A stretch of 64,000 bases of DNA from Candidatus Micrarchaeota archaeon (GTDB lineage: Archaea > Micrarchaeota > Micrarchaeia > Anstonellales > Bilamarchaeaceae), in contig JBFMCO010000032.1 in NCBI GenBank assembly GCA_040754495.1, forward strand, positions 123-64,122, given 5' to 3'. This document shows, in pieces, positions 1 to 8,117 of this stretch. Within the stretch, counting starts at the first letter, position 1. Every line of letters begins with the position of its first letter. The notes below the pieces were generated by a model. That model saw only the letters and a program-made list of their open reading frames with translations, did not search any database and was not told the origin of the DNA. Made by a program: the position numbers and the translations under genes.

Positions 1-275
1 TGGCATCGCTGTCGGACTACATATCGCAGTCGGCCGGGCTTGCGGTCGTAAACAGCACATCGTACGACATCAACTCCAGCGAGGGGCAGGCGCTGGCCTC
101 GAAATACAATATCACGGCAGTCCCGACAGTGCTGTACTCGCCGGAGGCTTCCTACTACCCGTCTTTCACAGGGCTGTGGGTATCGCAGAACAACACCGTG
201 GAGAGCGACGGCTGGTTCGTATTCAGGGCGTATCCGCTGCTGAGCGGCGTCACCTACCGGAATATCACCGGATGA
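1..275 (+). CDS. thioredoxin-fold/DsbA-like protein, C-terminal fragment (5' end outside window)
   Basis: Frame 3 is open from the window edge to TGA at 273-275. It translates ...ALASKYNITAVPTVLYSPE..., resembling the cis-Pro loop region of thioredoxin-fold proteins. It is absent from the ORF track because no start codon lies in the window. Confidence 0.4.
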   Translation, partial: ASLSDYISQSAGLAVVNSTSYDINSSEGQALASKYNITAVPTVLYSPEASYYPSFTGLWVSQNNTVESDGWFVFRAYPLLSGVTYRNITG

Positions 276-1374
276 TTTCGGCCTCAAGGAGATAATCCGG
301 GCCGATTCTTGTCATCTTCATCCGCCTGAGCCTGATGGCCTCTCCTATCCTCCCTATGCCAATCCCGCCTACAACGCCCTTCGCTTCCCTTCCCCCGATT
401 ACCATCGGAGCTATGAACAGGGCGAGCCTGTCCACGATGCCCTCTTCAAGCGCCTTCGCGTTCAGCTCGCTGCCGCCCTCGATAAGTATCCTTTTCATCC
501 CCATCGCCCCGAGCGCATCAACAAGCTCCCCCAGGCCGACAGAATCCTTTCCGCATACGAACACCTGCGCCTCGCTATTGCGCGCGAGCTCCCCGACCTT
601 CCTCCGCGGCGCAAGCTCAGTCGTAGCGACTATCGTCTTCCCGTCCGGGTTGGCGAGGACCTTGGCGCTAACCGGAATCCTGAGCCTGCCGTCCACGACG
701 ATGCGGAACGGGTCCCTCCCCCGGCCATGGGACGTCAGCCCGGGGTCGTCGTGAATCACTGTCTCCGCGCCGACAACCACGGCGTCGCACTCAAAGCGCA
801 TCCTGTGCACGAGCGCCCTTGCCTCCGGCCCGCTTATCCACTTCGAATCCCCGGTCCTTGTGGCAGTCTTCCCGTCCGCGCTCATCGCCATCTTGAGCGT
901 GACAAGCGGCTTTTTCGAGATGTTCGCTGAATACCTCCGGTTGATGGCCGCCGCTTCAGCCGCCGCGGCCGGCCCATCGACCTTCACGCCGGCATTCCTC
1001 AGCACCGCAGCGCCGCTCACAAGCGGGTTCGGGTCGTCCATGCCATAGACCACGCGGGATATGCCGCAGCGTATTATCTCCCCGGTGCAGGGCGGAGTCC
1101 TCTTGATGGTATGCGAGCAGGGCTCGAGCGTCACATACAATGTCGCCCCTCTCGGCGCTTCCGGGTTTCCTGTCCTCCGTTTCGCGTCCTCGATTGCTTC
1201 TATCTCGGCGTGCGGCCTGCCCGGGGCCTTGTGGTACCCGCTTCCCAGCAGCCTGGTCTCCAGTTTCCCGTTCCGAGTTTTGAACTCCTTTACCAGCACC
1301 GCACCCACGCGCGGATTCGGGAAAGGATTCGCCCGCCTCGCAAGCGAGAGCGCCATCCTCATGAACCTGTCCAT
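265..1374 (-). CDS. ribD: bifunctional riboflavin biosynthesis protein RibD (pyrimidine deaminase / uracil reductase)
   Basis: 369-aa ORF with the deaminase zinc motif HAEIEAI...TLEPCSH..PPC, followed by a reductase half ([15 protein letters not shown]...). Confidence 0.9.
   Translation of the reverse strand: [369 protein letters not shown]
1161..1186. repeat. heptamer-family repeat copy inside ribD
   Basis: + strand reads GTTTCCT GTCCTCC GTTTCGC, 7-nt period. It encodes RRTGNPE in RibD. Confidence 0.4.
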
Positions 1375-1424
1375 GACAGTAAGAGCGCCCCAAGGCTTGA
1401 AAGCTTTTTGCTCGTAGATAGTGC

Positions 1425-2357
1425 ATGCCCCGCTACAAGGATACGTCCGGGCTTTTCGATGCGCTGAAGATAGTCGCCCTGATGGCGTTCCTTGTCTTCA
1501 TGGCAGCCCTCATCCTGCTCGGCCCGATTCTTCTCGAGCGCCTCCGGCCGGCCCCGGAGCAGGCGCCGGTGGAAGTGCCGGAAAACGCGACGCCGCAGCC
1601 CCCTCCCGGTGCCGCGCTTTATTACAAGCTGAAGAACAAGTCCTGCAAGACGCTCTCGAATGATTTCCTGATAGAGACGCTCGACGTTTCGGACGGCTAT
1701 TTCTCCGGCCTTATGAATCCGTCCGAAGAGGAAAGGTACGCTGCGGACCTCGTCGCATCCCGGTACGACTCGAACCAGACCACCCGGACGTATGTGCGAG
1801 GGGCCGCGATGAAGAAGGTCATCATAACCCCGGAGGGCAACCACACGACCATATGGAAGGACGGCCGCATCTACCAGTGCAACCCTGAATGCACGATGCA
1901 TCTTCTTGGCGATGCCGGCTGGCAGGCCCACCTGGACGAACTCGGCAGGATTCGGTCCGGCTGCGCGTATTTCGGCCGCACCGCCCTTCCGGACGCTGTC
2001 AACATGAGCCGGCTCATCTCAATCCGGGCCCTCGGGATTTCGCAGATGAACGGCTTCAGGTGCGAACGCTTCAGGATTTACGGCAACAAGACGTACGCGC
2101 AGTCGCTGCTTTCCAGCATGAGTCTCTCAGCGGGGCAGCGCGACCTCCTGATAGCCATCAGCCACATGCACGGCCCGGCCGAGGAATGCCTGGACGACGG
2201 TGCGGGCCTGACGGTGTACCGGAACATCACGCTGGATTTGAGCAATTCGTACCGGCTCGATTACGTCGCCGGAGGCGGCATGTTCGCCACCCAGCAGACC
2301 GATATGACCTATTACACATCGAGCGTCCCGGAATCCTTCCTCGCCCTGCCGAAATAA
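1425..2357 (+). CDS. hypothetical membrane-anchored extracellular protein (sequon-rich)
   Basis: 310-aa ORF with an N-terminal hydrophobic helix (LKIVALMAFLVFMAALILLGPILL) and several N-x-S/T sequons. I recognise no family. Confidence 0.6.
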   Translation: MPRYKDTSGLFDALKIVALMAFLVFMAALILLGPILLERLRPAPEQAPVEVPENATPQPPPGAALYYKLKNKSCKTLSNDFLIETLDVSDGYFSGLMNPSEEERYAADLVASRYDSNQTTRTYVRGAAMKKVIITPEGNHTTIWKDGRIYQCNPECTMHLLGDAGWQAHLDELGRIRSGCAYFGRTALPDAVNMSRLISIRALGISQMNGFRCERFRIYGNKTYAQSLLSSMSLSAGQRDLLIAISHMHGPAEECLDDGAGLTVYRNITLDLSNSYRLDYVAGGGMFATQQTDMTYYTSSVPESFLALPK

Positions 2358-2936
2358 TCAGAGGATGTGGTTCATCTTCTTCCTTTTGGTCTCGAGATAC
2401 CTCTTGTTGTATCTGTTCACCTTCGTCACGATGGGAATCCTTTTCGCCACCCTTATGCCGTGGCGCTCCAGGTCCTTTATCTTGGCCGGGTTGTTGGTCA
2501 TGAGGGCTATGTCGTTCAGGCCGAAGCTCCTGAGTATCTCGGCGGCGACCGAATAGTCGCGCTGGTCCTCGCCGAATCCGAGATGGACGTTGGCCTCCAC
2601 GGTGTCCATGCCGCCGTCCTGGAGCGAATACGCCTTTATCTTGTTGGCAAGGCCTATCCCGCGCCCTTCCTGGTCCAGGTAAATCAGGATGCCGCATCCC
2701 CTCTCCTCCATGTAGCCCATGGCGGCCTCGAGCTGGTCCCTGCAGTCGCACCTGAGGGACGTGAGCGTGTCCCCGGTCAGGCACCTCGAATGCACCCTCA
2801 CCGGGACCTCCCCGTGCGGCGGGTGGTCGCATCTAGTCAGCGCCAGGTGCTCGCCCCCGTTTCCGTCCAGGAACGCATGAACCGTGAACTTGCCGAACCT
2901 CGTCGGGAAGAACGCCTGCGCTACCTTCTCCACCAT
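2358..2936 (-). CDS. ribA: GTP cyclohydrolase II
   Basis: 192-aa ORF with HSRCLTGDTLTSLRCDCRDQLEAAM and EGRGIGLANKIKAYSLQDGGMDTVEAN, characteristic of GTP cyclohydrolase II. Confidence 0.9.
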   Translation of the reverse strand: MVEKVAQAFFPTRFGKFTVHAFLDGNGGEHLALTRCDHPPHGEVPVRVHSRCLTGDTLTSLRCDCRDQLEAAMGYMEERGCGILIYLDQEGRGIGLANKIKAYSLQDGGMDTVEANVHLGFGEDQRDYSVAAEILRSFGLNDIALMTNNPAKIKDLERHGIRVAKRIPIVTKVNRYNKRYLETKRKKMNHIL

Positions 2937-2939
2937 GAT

Positions 2940-3812
2940 TCATCCCTCCAAGGTCTTAAGCATCCCGAGCGCGGCCTCGACCGCACGCTGCGCGTACTCG
3001 TCCGCCCTGGCCCCGGCGTTCTCCCACGACACGCCATGGCCGATTATTCCGAGCGTTACCGGCTTGCGGAATTCCAGCGACAGTTCCCCCAGCCTGCGGG
3101 CCGCATCCTTGGTTATCACTTCGTCGTGGGCAGTCTCTCCCTTGACGACCGCGCCGAGCGTTACTACGGCATCAATGCTTTTATCCATGAGCAGCTTCTT
3201 GGCTACGAGCGGGACGTCGAACACCCCCGGAGCCTCGAGCACCCTGGCCTCCGCGCCCATGGAGGCTGCCGTCTCGAGCGCCGTCTTCCTCATCCTGCCG
3301 GTTATCTCGCCGTTGAACATCGCGACCACGATTCCGAGCGTGGGCGCCTTGCGCCCCGCCAGCGTCCCTTCGTCGCCTTTGCCCTGCCTGACGCCGCGCC
3401 CGGCATTCGCGACCAGGGTTTCGGGTTTTGTGGCAAGCATGACTGCGTTGCGCACATGCTTGCGGGTTCGGTCCTCAAATATCCCTGCAAGCTCGGCCGC
3501 GCTCCATGCCTCGTTCTCATGGACGAACACCTCGATTATGTGCTTGCCGGTCATTAGCTTGGCCTGCTGGATGCCCAGCGACGCCTCGTGCGCGCACTGC
3601 GTGTCTATGGGTGCGCCTCCAACCATGCCCAGCGCCATCGCTATGTCGCATCCGGAGTCAAGGAGCCTCTTGCATTCCACCGCGAGGTCCTTGATGCCGG
3701 GCACCGTGCGCCTTTCCGCCAGGACTTCAGGAAAACCCTTCCTCAGCTCGTCGAGCGCGATTGCGCCCATGTCCACCCTTGAGAATGTGGTGTCGACTAT
3801 GCCGATTTTCAT
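2940..3812 (-). CDS. fusion protein: archaeal-type riboflavin synthase (N-terminal) + 6,7-dimethyl-8-ribityllumazine synthase (C-terminal)
   Basis: 290-aa ORF. The N-half (MKIGIVDTTFSRVDMG...VPGIKDL...CAHEASLG...HIIEVFVHE) matches the archaeal riboflavin synthase pattern. The C-half (GIVVAMFNGEITGRM...PGVFDVPLVAKKLL...VVTLGAVVKGETAHDE) matches lumazine synthase. Confidence 0.85.
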   Translation of the reverse strand: MKIGIVDTTFSRVDMGAIALDELRKGFPEVLAERRTVPGIKDLAVECKRLLDSGCDIAMALGMVGGAPIDTQCAHEASLGIQQAKLMTGKHIIEVFVHENEAWSAAELAGIFEDRTRKHVRNAVMLATKPETLVANAGRGVRQGKGDEGTLAGRKAPTLGIVVAMFNGEITGRMRKTALETAASMGAEARVLEAPGVFDVPLVAKKLLMDKSIDAVVTLGAVVKGETAHDEVITKDAARRLGELSLEFRKPVTLGIIGHGVSWENAGARADEYAQRAVEAALGMLKTLEG

Positions 3813-3821
3813 GATAACGCC

Positions 3822-4487
3822 TCAGCCTGACGGCTCCGGCTGGCCCAAAAAGTGCGCCACTACGTCCTTCCCCTCTACGAATGCGAGCCCGCGCTCCCGG
3901 GCGTAAGACGCCGCCTCTTCTTTCGAAAGAGCCCTTCCGGGACCAAGCATCTCGCACAGCACCATGGCGCCATCCAGCCCCGCGCCGCGCCCAAGCTCAA
4001 GCGCAAGCTCGGTGTGCCCCTTCCGGTTCCCGATTCCGCGGCCTATCAGCAGGAACACATGGCCCGGAGAATAGAACTGGGCGTGGAAATCCTTCATCCG
4101 GCCCCTTATCGTCTCGTCGAGCATGCGCAATGTGAGCGAGCGGTCGTTGTCTGTTATCCCGGTATAGACGTTGCAGTGGTTTATGGGGAGCGAGAACGCC
4201 GGCTTGTCGCCGTAGGCGGTCTTGCGGCAGACAAGGCTGCTGAGCCGGACATCCGCCTTCTCGAGCATGTCCGTGAAGAATGGGAGCCCCGCCTCCTTCG
4301 CCTTCTCAAGGCTGATTGCCGCGCATATCAGGCCGCCCGCGTCCTTCCTCAGGGTTTCGATGGTTTCGGGTTTTGCGTACCGCGCGCTGAGCACGAGGTC
4401 GGCCTCGCCCTCGCGCTCGTCTCCGTCGTAGACCACGACCATCGAGCCTTTTGCGAGCTCGGCCATGGCTCTTTCTGCAGGATTCAT
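3822..4487 (-). CDS. ribB: 3,4-dihydroxy-2-butanone 4-phosphate synthase
   Basis: 221-aa ORF with DGDEREGEADLV, LRKDAGGLIC and GHTELALELG motifs typical of RibB. Confidence 0.9.
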   Translation of the reverse strand: MNPAERAMAELAKGSMVVVYDGDEREGEADLVLSARYAKPETIETLRKDAGGLICAAISLEKAKEAGLPFFTDMLEKADVRLSSLVCRKTAYGDKPAFSLPINHCNVYTGITDNDRSLTLRMLDETIRGRMKDFHAQFYSPGHVFLLIGRGIGNRKGHTELALELGRGAGLDGAMVLCEMLGPGRALSKEEAASYARERGLAFVEGKDVVAHFLGQPEPSG

Positions 4488-4510
4488 GCTATCAGCACCA
4501 TTTTGCGGTC

Positions 4511-4565
4511 CTACTTATATATAGGTAACTACCATTTATTTGGTAACACACGTTATTTAAAGGTT
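4511..4565. promoter_or_regulatory. bidirectional AT-rich promoter region (ribB operon / 4593 gene)
   Basis: TATA-like CTTATATATAGG (4515-4526) lies about 33 nt from the ribB ATG. GTTATTTAAAGG (4552-4563) lies about 35 nt from ATG 4593, which is preceded by the SD-like AAAGGGGATGAT. Confidence 0.4.
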
Positions 4566-4592
4566 GGACACAATATAAAAGGGGATGATAAT

Positions 4593-5708
4593 ATGGCGAG
4601 AGGCAGTGCAGCCAAGTCAAGGGCCGGAGAGGAGAACGAATTGCTCAGGCAGCGCAGCGCCGTGAAGCCACTCGGCTCCCACACCGTCGTGGGGCACCTG
4701 CACGAACTCGGCAAATGGAAGGACATCCCGTACCTCCGCGAGAACAACGGCATGCTCCCGCCGTTCATCATAGCGGTCGGCAGCAGGGTCCGCGTGATGA
4801 AGGCGCAATCCCTCCTGAAGCTCAAGGACGCGGTGATGATTGACGAAGAAGCACGCGGGCGCTTCGGCCTCTCCTGTTACGGCCGCGTGGCGATGCTTGT
4901 AGGCAAGATGAGCTATCGCGGCCTTGATGTCCCCCTTGCAGTCGTCGAGACGCAGATGGGCTGCTCGGCCACCCAGATAAACCTCAAGGAGACGCTCTAT
5001 TTCGCGAGGCATGACGGGTACCAGACAGATACTGGCGGTGTCAAAAGCGATGCCGCTTATGTGATACGCGCCGGGACCTGCGCAGGCGTGAACAGCTTCG
5101 CCCCGAGCGAAGTGCGGGTAGGCATCGGCGACATCCTCATCGCCACAGAAAGCTACGGCTCGATAGGCGCGCTCATACAATCAACGATGCAGTCCCTGAA
5201 CTACACCGGCATCAATATCGCGGAGAAGGCGGACCTGCTCAGGAAAATGATATCCCAGTATGGTGCGTTGCGGCTCAGCCACGACGCCCAGAGCCTCGCG
5301 ACTTCGTGCTCCACCCGCCTGGTCCTCAGGCTGCAGGAGGCTGCTGATGTCATGAACATCAGGAACTTCGTCGGCCCGAACTTCACCAAGGACTCGCTTT
5401 ATGCCGAGATAGGGGAGGACGGATTCGCGATGCTTAGGGACACCTACGGCATAATGAGCACCGAGATGGAGGAGCCGGTGATAGACGTCCTTGCCGGGGA
5501 ATTCCGGAAGGCCGGCGTGCCGGTTTACAGCGCGCTCATCTCGGCGGCCATAGGCGCGATACCAGGCAAATCATTCGCCGAAACGCCCCAAGAGAAGAAG
5601 ATGGCCGCGGATGCCGAATCGAACGCGGTGAAAATAGCGGCAAGGGCCCTGTGCAATGTTGCCCTCTCTATCCATAAATCAGGCATCCGCGAAGGTCCTT
5701 CGCGCTAA
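4593..5708 (+). CDS. nucleoside phosphorylase family protein (PNP/UDP family 1, uridine-phosphorylase-like)
   Basis: In-frame ATG at 4593 inside the 618-aa ORF. The upstream part of that ORF is antisense to ribB. Motifs: VETQMGCSATQINLKE, IRAGTCAGV, GDILIATES. Confidence 0.65.
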   Translation: MARGSAAKSRAGEENELLRQRSAVKPLGSHTVVGHLHELGKWKDIPYLRENNGMLPPFIIAVGSRVRVMKAQSLLKLKDAVMIDEEARGRFGLSCYGRVAMLVGKMSYRGLDVPLAVVETQMGCSATQINLKETLYFARHDGYQTDTGGVKSDAAYVIRAGTCAGVNSFAPSEVRVGIGDILIATESYGSIGALIQSTMQSLNYTGINIAEKADLLRKMISQYGALRLSHDAQSLATSCSTRLVLRLQEAADVMNIRNFVGPNFTKDSLYAEIGEDGFAMLRDTYGIMSTEMEEPVIDVLAGEFRKAGVPVYSALISAAIGAIPGKSFAETPQEKKMAADAESNAVKIAARALCNVALSIHKSGIREGPSR

Positions 5709-6625
5709 AGCGGCCTCTCGAACTCTGCAAGGCTCTGCCTGGTCTCCTTCTCCATCTGCGAAATTACGTCCCTTGCCTTGCCATCCATCCCAGCCTTCTT
5801 GATTTCCTCTACGAACTCCAGGAACTCGTTGTAATGCTTGAGCGGGTTCTTGCACCTTGTGCCCCAGTCGAAAACCGCGCACTTCATCTCTTTGGCGAGG
5901 AACGGCCCGTAATCAGCCAGCACCCGCTCCCGCGTCTCGTCCGGGATGATGGCATCATCGTAAAGGAACCTCAGGTCCGTCCCGTCGGGCATCAGGTGGA
6001 ACAGCTCCTCTGCGACGAAAAGATGGACCTTCGCGCCCGGGAAGTCCTTCTGCACCTTCCTCTCGATTTCCTTCATCAGCCTGGCGCCGTTGATTGAGCA
6101 GGCGAGGGAGCACACTACAAGGTTCTCCAGCCGGTAGCCCTTGGTTTCCAGCGCGTCCAGCAGGTGGTATATCCCCTTCTGCAATGTCGCGCCTGTGGCG
6201 ATGGTGTCCCCGATTATTACTGTCGCATTGTCCGGAAGCGACTCGAAATTCTCGTATGTCGCCACGGCAGTAAAGGCGCCCTCCGAGCCCTCCACCCTCT
6301 GCCTCTTAATGCCAAGGAAGCACTGCGGGATGGCGAACCCGAAATTCCTCTTGAAGCCGTGGTTGAGCTGGTAGTACAAACCGCCAGCCAGGAAGATTAG
6401 CTCGGTGATGTTGGCCTGTTTCTTGCCCTTGAGGACGAGCCTGCCGACGGCGTCCATGAATATCTCGGCCATCCTGCCCATCCTGTCCTGAAGCTCCCTG
6501 CCGGCTATGTGAGGCCTGAGCAGGATGCCGCTGCCCGCGTCCGAGCATATTATATAAGTGTTCTCCGGGCATCCCTTGTCCGCCACCCTGTACATCCTGT
6601 ATCCGTTGCTGTATATGCGCTCCAT
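5705..6625 (-). CDS. type-I phosphoribosyltransferase-like protein (UPRT-like)
   Basis: 306-aa ORF with the PRPP-binding-loop-like VIIGDTIATGATL and a uracil-PRT-like layout. The 3' end overlaps the convergent 4593 gene by 4 nt. Confidence 0.55.
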   Translation of the reverse strand: MERIYSNGYRMYRVADKGCPENTYIICSDAGSGILLRPHIAGRELQDRMGRMAEIFMDAVGRLVLKGKKQANITELIFLAGGLYYQLNHGFKRNFGFAIPQCFLGIKRQRVEGSEGAFTAVATYENFESLPDNATVIIGDTIATGATLQKGIYHLLDALETKGYRLENLVVCSLACSINGARLMKEIERKVQKDFPGAKVHLFVAEELFHLMPDGTDLRFLYDDAIIPDETRERVLADYGPFLAKEMKCAVFDWGTRCKNPLKHYNEFLEFVEEIKKAGMDGKARDVISQMEKETRQSLAEFERPL

Positions 6626-6656
6626 ACTCCCGCCCTCACAGGTTCTTCCCAGCCTC

Positions 6657-6666
6657 CTTTAAAAAC
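6657..6666 (+). promoter_or_regulatory. TATA-like box for 6690 gene (leaderless-type spacing)
   Basis: CTTTAAAAAC is centred about 28 nt upstream of ATG 6690. Confidence 0.4.
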
Positions 6667-6689
6667 ACTTTTACACTAATATACACATT

Positions 6690-7304
6690 ATGCCAGATTC
6701 TACCAGAGCAGCCCGCGCCCTCGCGAGAAGGAGCGTCGCTGAGCGCGACGGCCCGGAGTTCCCGTCATCTTTCGCCAAGACGCCCGAATCGCGCAGGCTC
6801 ATGGAGGAGATGATTTTCCACGACCGCTACTTGGACGGATATTCTGCAAGGACAGTACTTGCCGGCCTGAACGAGGCCAGGGCGGTTTCCGCCAAAGAAG
6901 AAAAGCACTGCGTGGGGACGACCTCGCTCCTCTGCTGCGCTGGCATAGCCATCTACGACCCGTCAAGGAAGGTCGCAGCGGCCGCGCACCTGCTTCTCCC
7001 TGCCGCGATGCCCCGGGAGCCGAACCCTGTCTCCGGGCTTGCAAAAATTCTTGCGGATGCCATCTCAGCCGCGGACGCCCTCGGCGGCTCGGCTTATCTC
7101 CTTACGGCGTTCAACTTCAGGGGAGGGGCCAGGGACGAGCAGCTCTCACGGATGCTCTGCCGCAAGGCTGAAGAGATAGCCGCATTCCTGAGGAGGACCG
7201 GCAAGCTCATCGGTGTCAGGCAGCGCCACGAGAGGCAGTTCGTCTTGGATTCCCGGACAGGCGGGTTCTACACCGGCTCTGAACAGTCCGGCTCTGCGGG
7301 GTAG
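6690..7304 (+). CDS. hypothetical protein, CheD-like deamidase pattern
   Basis: 204-aa ORF. TTSLLCCAGIAIYDPSRKVAAAAHLLLP resembles the CheD Cys/His core (GSCVAVC..DP..KVG.M.H.MLP). Confidence 0.45.
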   Translation: MPDSTRAARALARRSVAERDGPEFPSSFAKTPESRRLMEEMIFHDRYLDGYSARTVLAGLNEARAVSAKEEKHCVGTTSLLCCAGIAIYDPSRKVAAAAHLLLPAAMPREPNPVSGLAKILADAISAADALGGSAYLLTAFNFRGGARDEQLSRMLCRKAEEIAAFLRRTGKLIGVRQRHERQFVLDSRTGGFYTGSEQSGSAG

Positions 7305-7310
7305 TGTATC

Positions 7311-8099
7311 ATGGTATCACTTAAGCGCCCTGAATTCCGGAGCACTCCGAATTACGGAGCGCTGGATGAAGAGACATATAAGGCAAAAATCAACACGCCT
7401 GCGAAAAACCCGCTCTATTTCGAACGCTTCCACAAGCCGCTTGTGGACCGCGCAGCGGGTGCATCACCGTCCGGCAAGGTCGTCCTTCTAGATGTCGCTT
7501 GCGGCCATGCGCTCGAGCTCGATTTCTTCAAAGACGATTTGCGCGTATCGCTGGTCGGGGTTGATATGGACACAGCTTCCCTGGCTTCGGCCTCAAGGCG
7601 CCTGCCCGGCGCCAGGTTCATCGCTTACGATGTCAGGAACGCGCCGCCGCTTCCGCTCCCGTCCGGCTTCGCAGATGCCGGCATTGCCCTTAATGCTGTC
7701 GTCTACGTTCCGGAGCGGATGCTTGCCGCACTTGAGTGGGGACTCAAGCCCGGGGCGGAATGCTCGGTCAATTTCAGAATATACGGCAACCCGTTCAACC
7801 GGCGCTTCTATGAATATTACACGGAGCGGGGCGCAATCATCCGCGACGAGGCCCTCATCGTGAGCTCGGGCGGCCGCTTCTGGCATTTTACGCTGGCCGC
7901 CCTTGATTATTCGAAATGCGATGACCAGGATATCAGGAATCTTGCGGTGCAGCTCTATTTCAAATCAAAAAAAGACGCGGAGAAGCTCGTGGCCTTGGCT
8001 GGACTGGAAATCGTGAACGTGGCGGCGTTCCATTTCGCATCCCCTGTCAACCCTGATAACGAGATCGAGGTATATGCCCTCAGGAAATCCACGGCTTAA
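7311..8099 (+). CDS. class I SAM-dependent methyltransferase
   Basis: 262-aa ORF with motif-I-like VVLLDVACGHALE and a downstream D-rich strand (LVGVDMD). The start lies 7 nt after the preceding stop. Confidence 0.75.
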   Translation: MVSLKRPEFRSTPNYGALDEETYKAKINTPAKNPLYFERFHKPLVDRAAGASPSGKVVLLDVACGHALELDFFKDDLRVSLVGVDMDTASLASASRRLPGARFIAYDVRNAPPLPLPSGFADAGIALNAVVYVPERMLAALEWGLKPGAECSVNFRIYGNPFNRRFYEYYTERGAIIRDEALIVSSGGRFWHFTLAALDYSKCDDQDIRNLAVQLYFKSKKDAEKLVALAGLEIVNVAAFHFASPVNPDNEIEVYALRKSTA

Positions 8100-8117
8100 G
8101 CCCGGAAAGCCGGTCAA

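Noticed and set aside
3414-3434. Heptamer-like GGGTTTCGGGTTTTG in the ribC/ribH fusion (also 4361-4384 in ribB), considered as further repeat insertions
   Set aside because: Both encode K-P-E-T within segments that align, from memory, with conserved residues of homologs (FKPEYL in M. jannaschii riboflavin synthase; the ..PE.I..(M/L)RKDAGG region of RibB). They are more likely ordinary coding sequence resembling the motif by codon choice. They are a caution for the repeat-family count.
2367-3557. Long antisense ORFs opposite well-supported genes (for example 2367-3557, 2884-3906, 15968-16987, 19518-20147, 31717-32781, 33936-35144, 50588-51484, 52931-53851, 55413-56363)
   Set aside because: Each overlaps a gene with unambiguous conserved motifs on the other strand. 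They are Arg/Pro/Gly/His-rich, as expected for out-of-frame or antisense reading of GC-rich coding DNA. None shows a recognisable domain.
3852-4592. N-terminal 247 codons of the 618-aa + strand ORF (3852-5708)
   Set aside because: This part lies entirely antisense to ribB, which has clear family motifs. It has no motif of its own. A good ATG with an upstream SD-like sequence and TATA box at 4593 begins the recognisable nucleoside-phosphorylase domain. It is treated as a high-GC shadow ORF.
4488-4592. FMN riboswitch or other leader structure upstream of the riboflavin operon
   Set aside because: The spacer is short and AT-rich and has no conserved FMN-aptamer-like helices. It looks like a plain bidirectional promoter.
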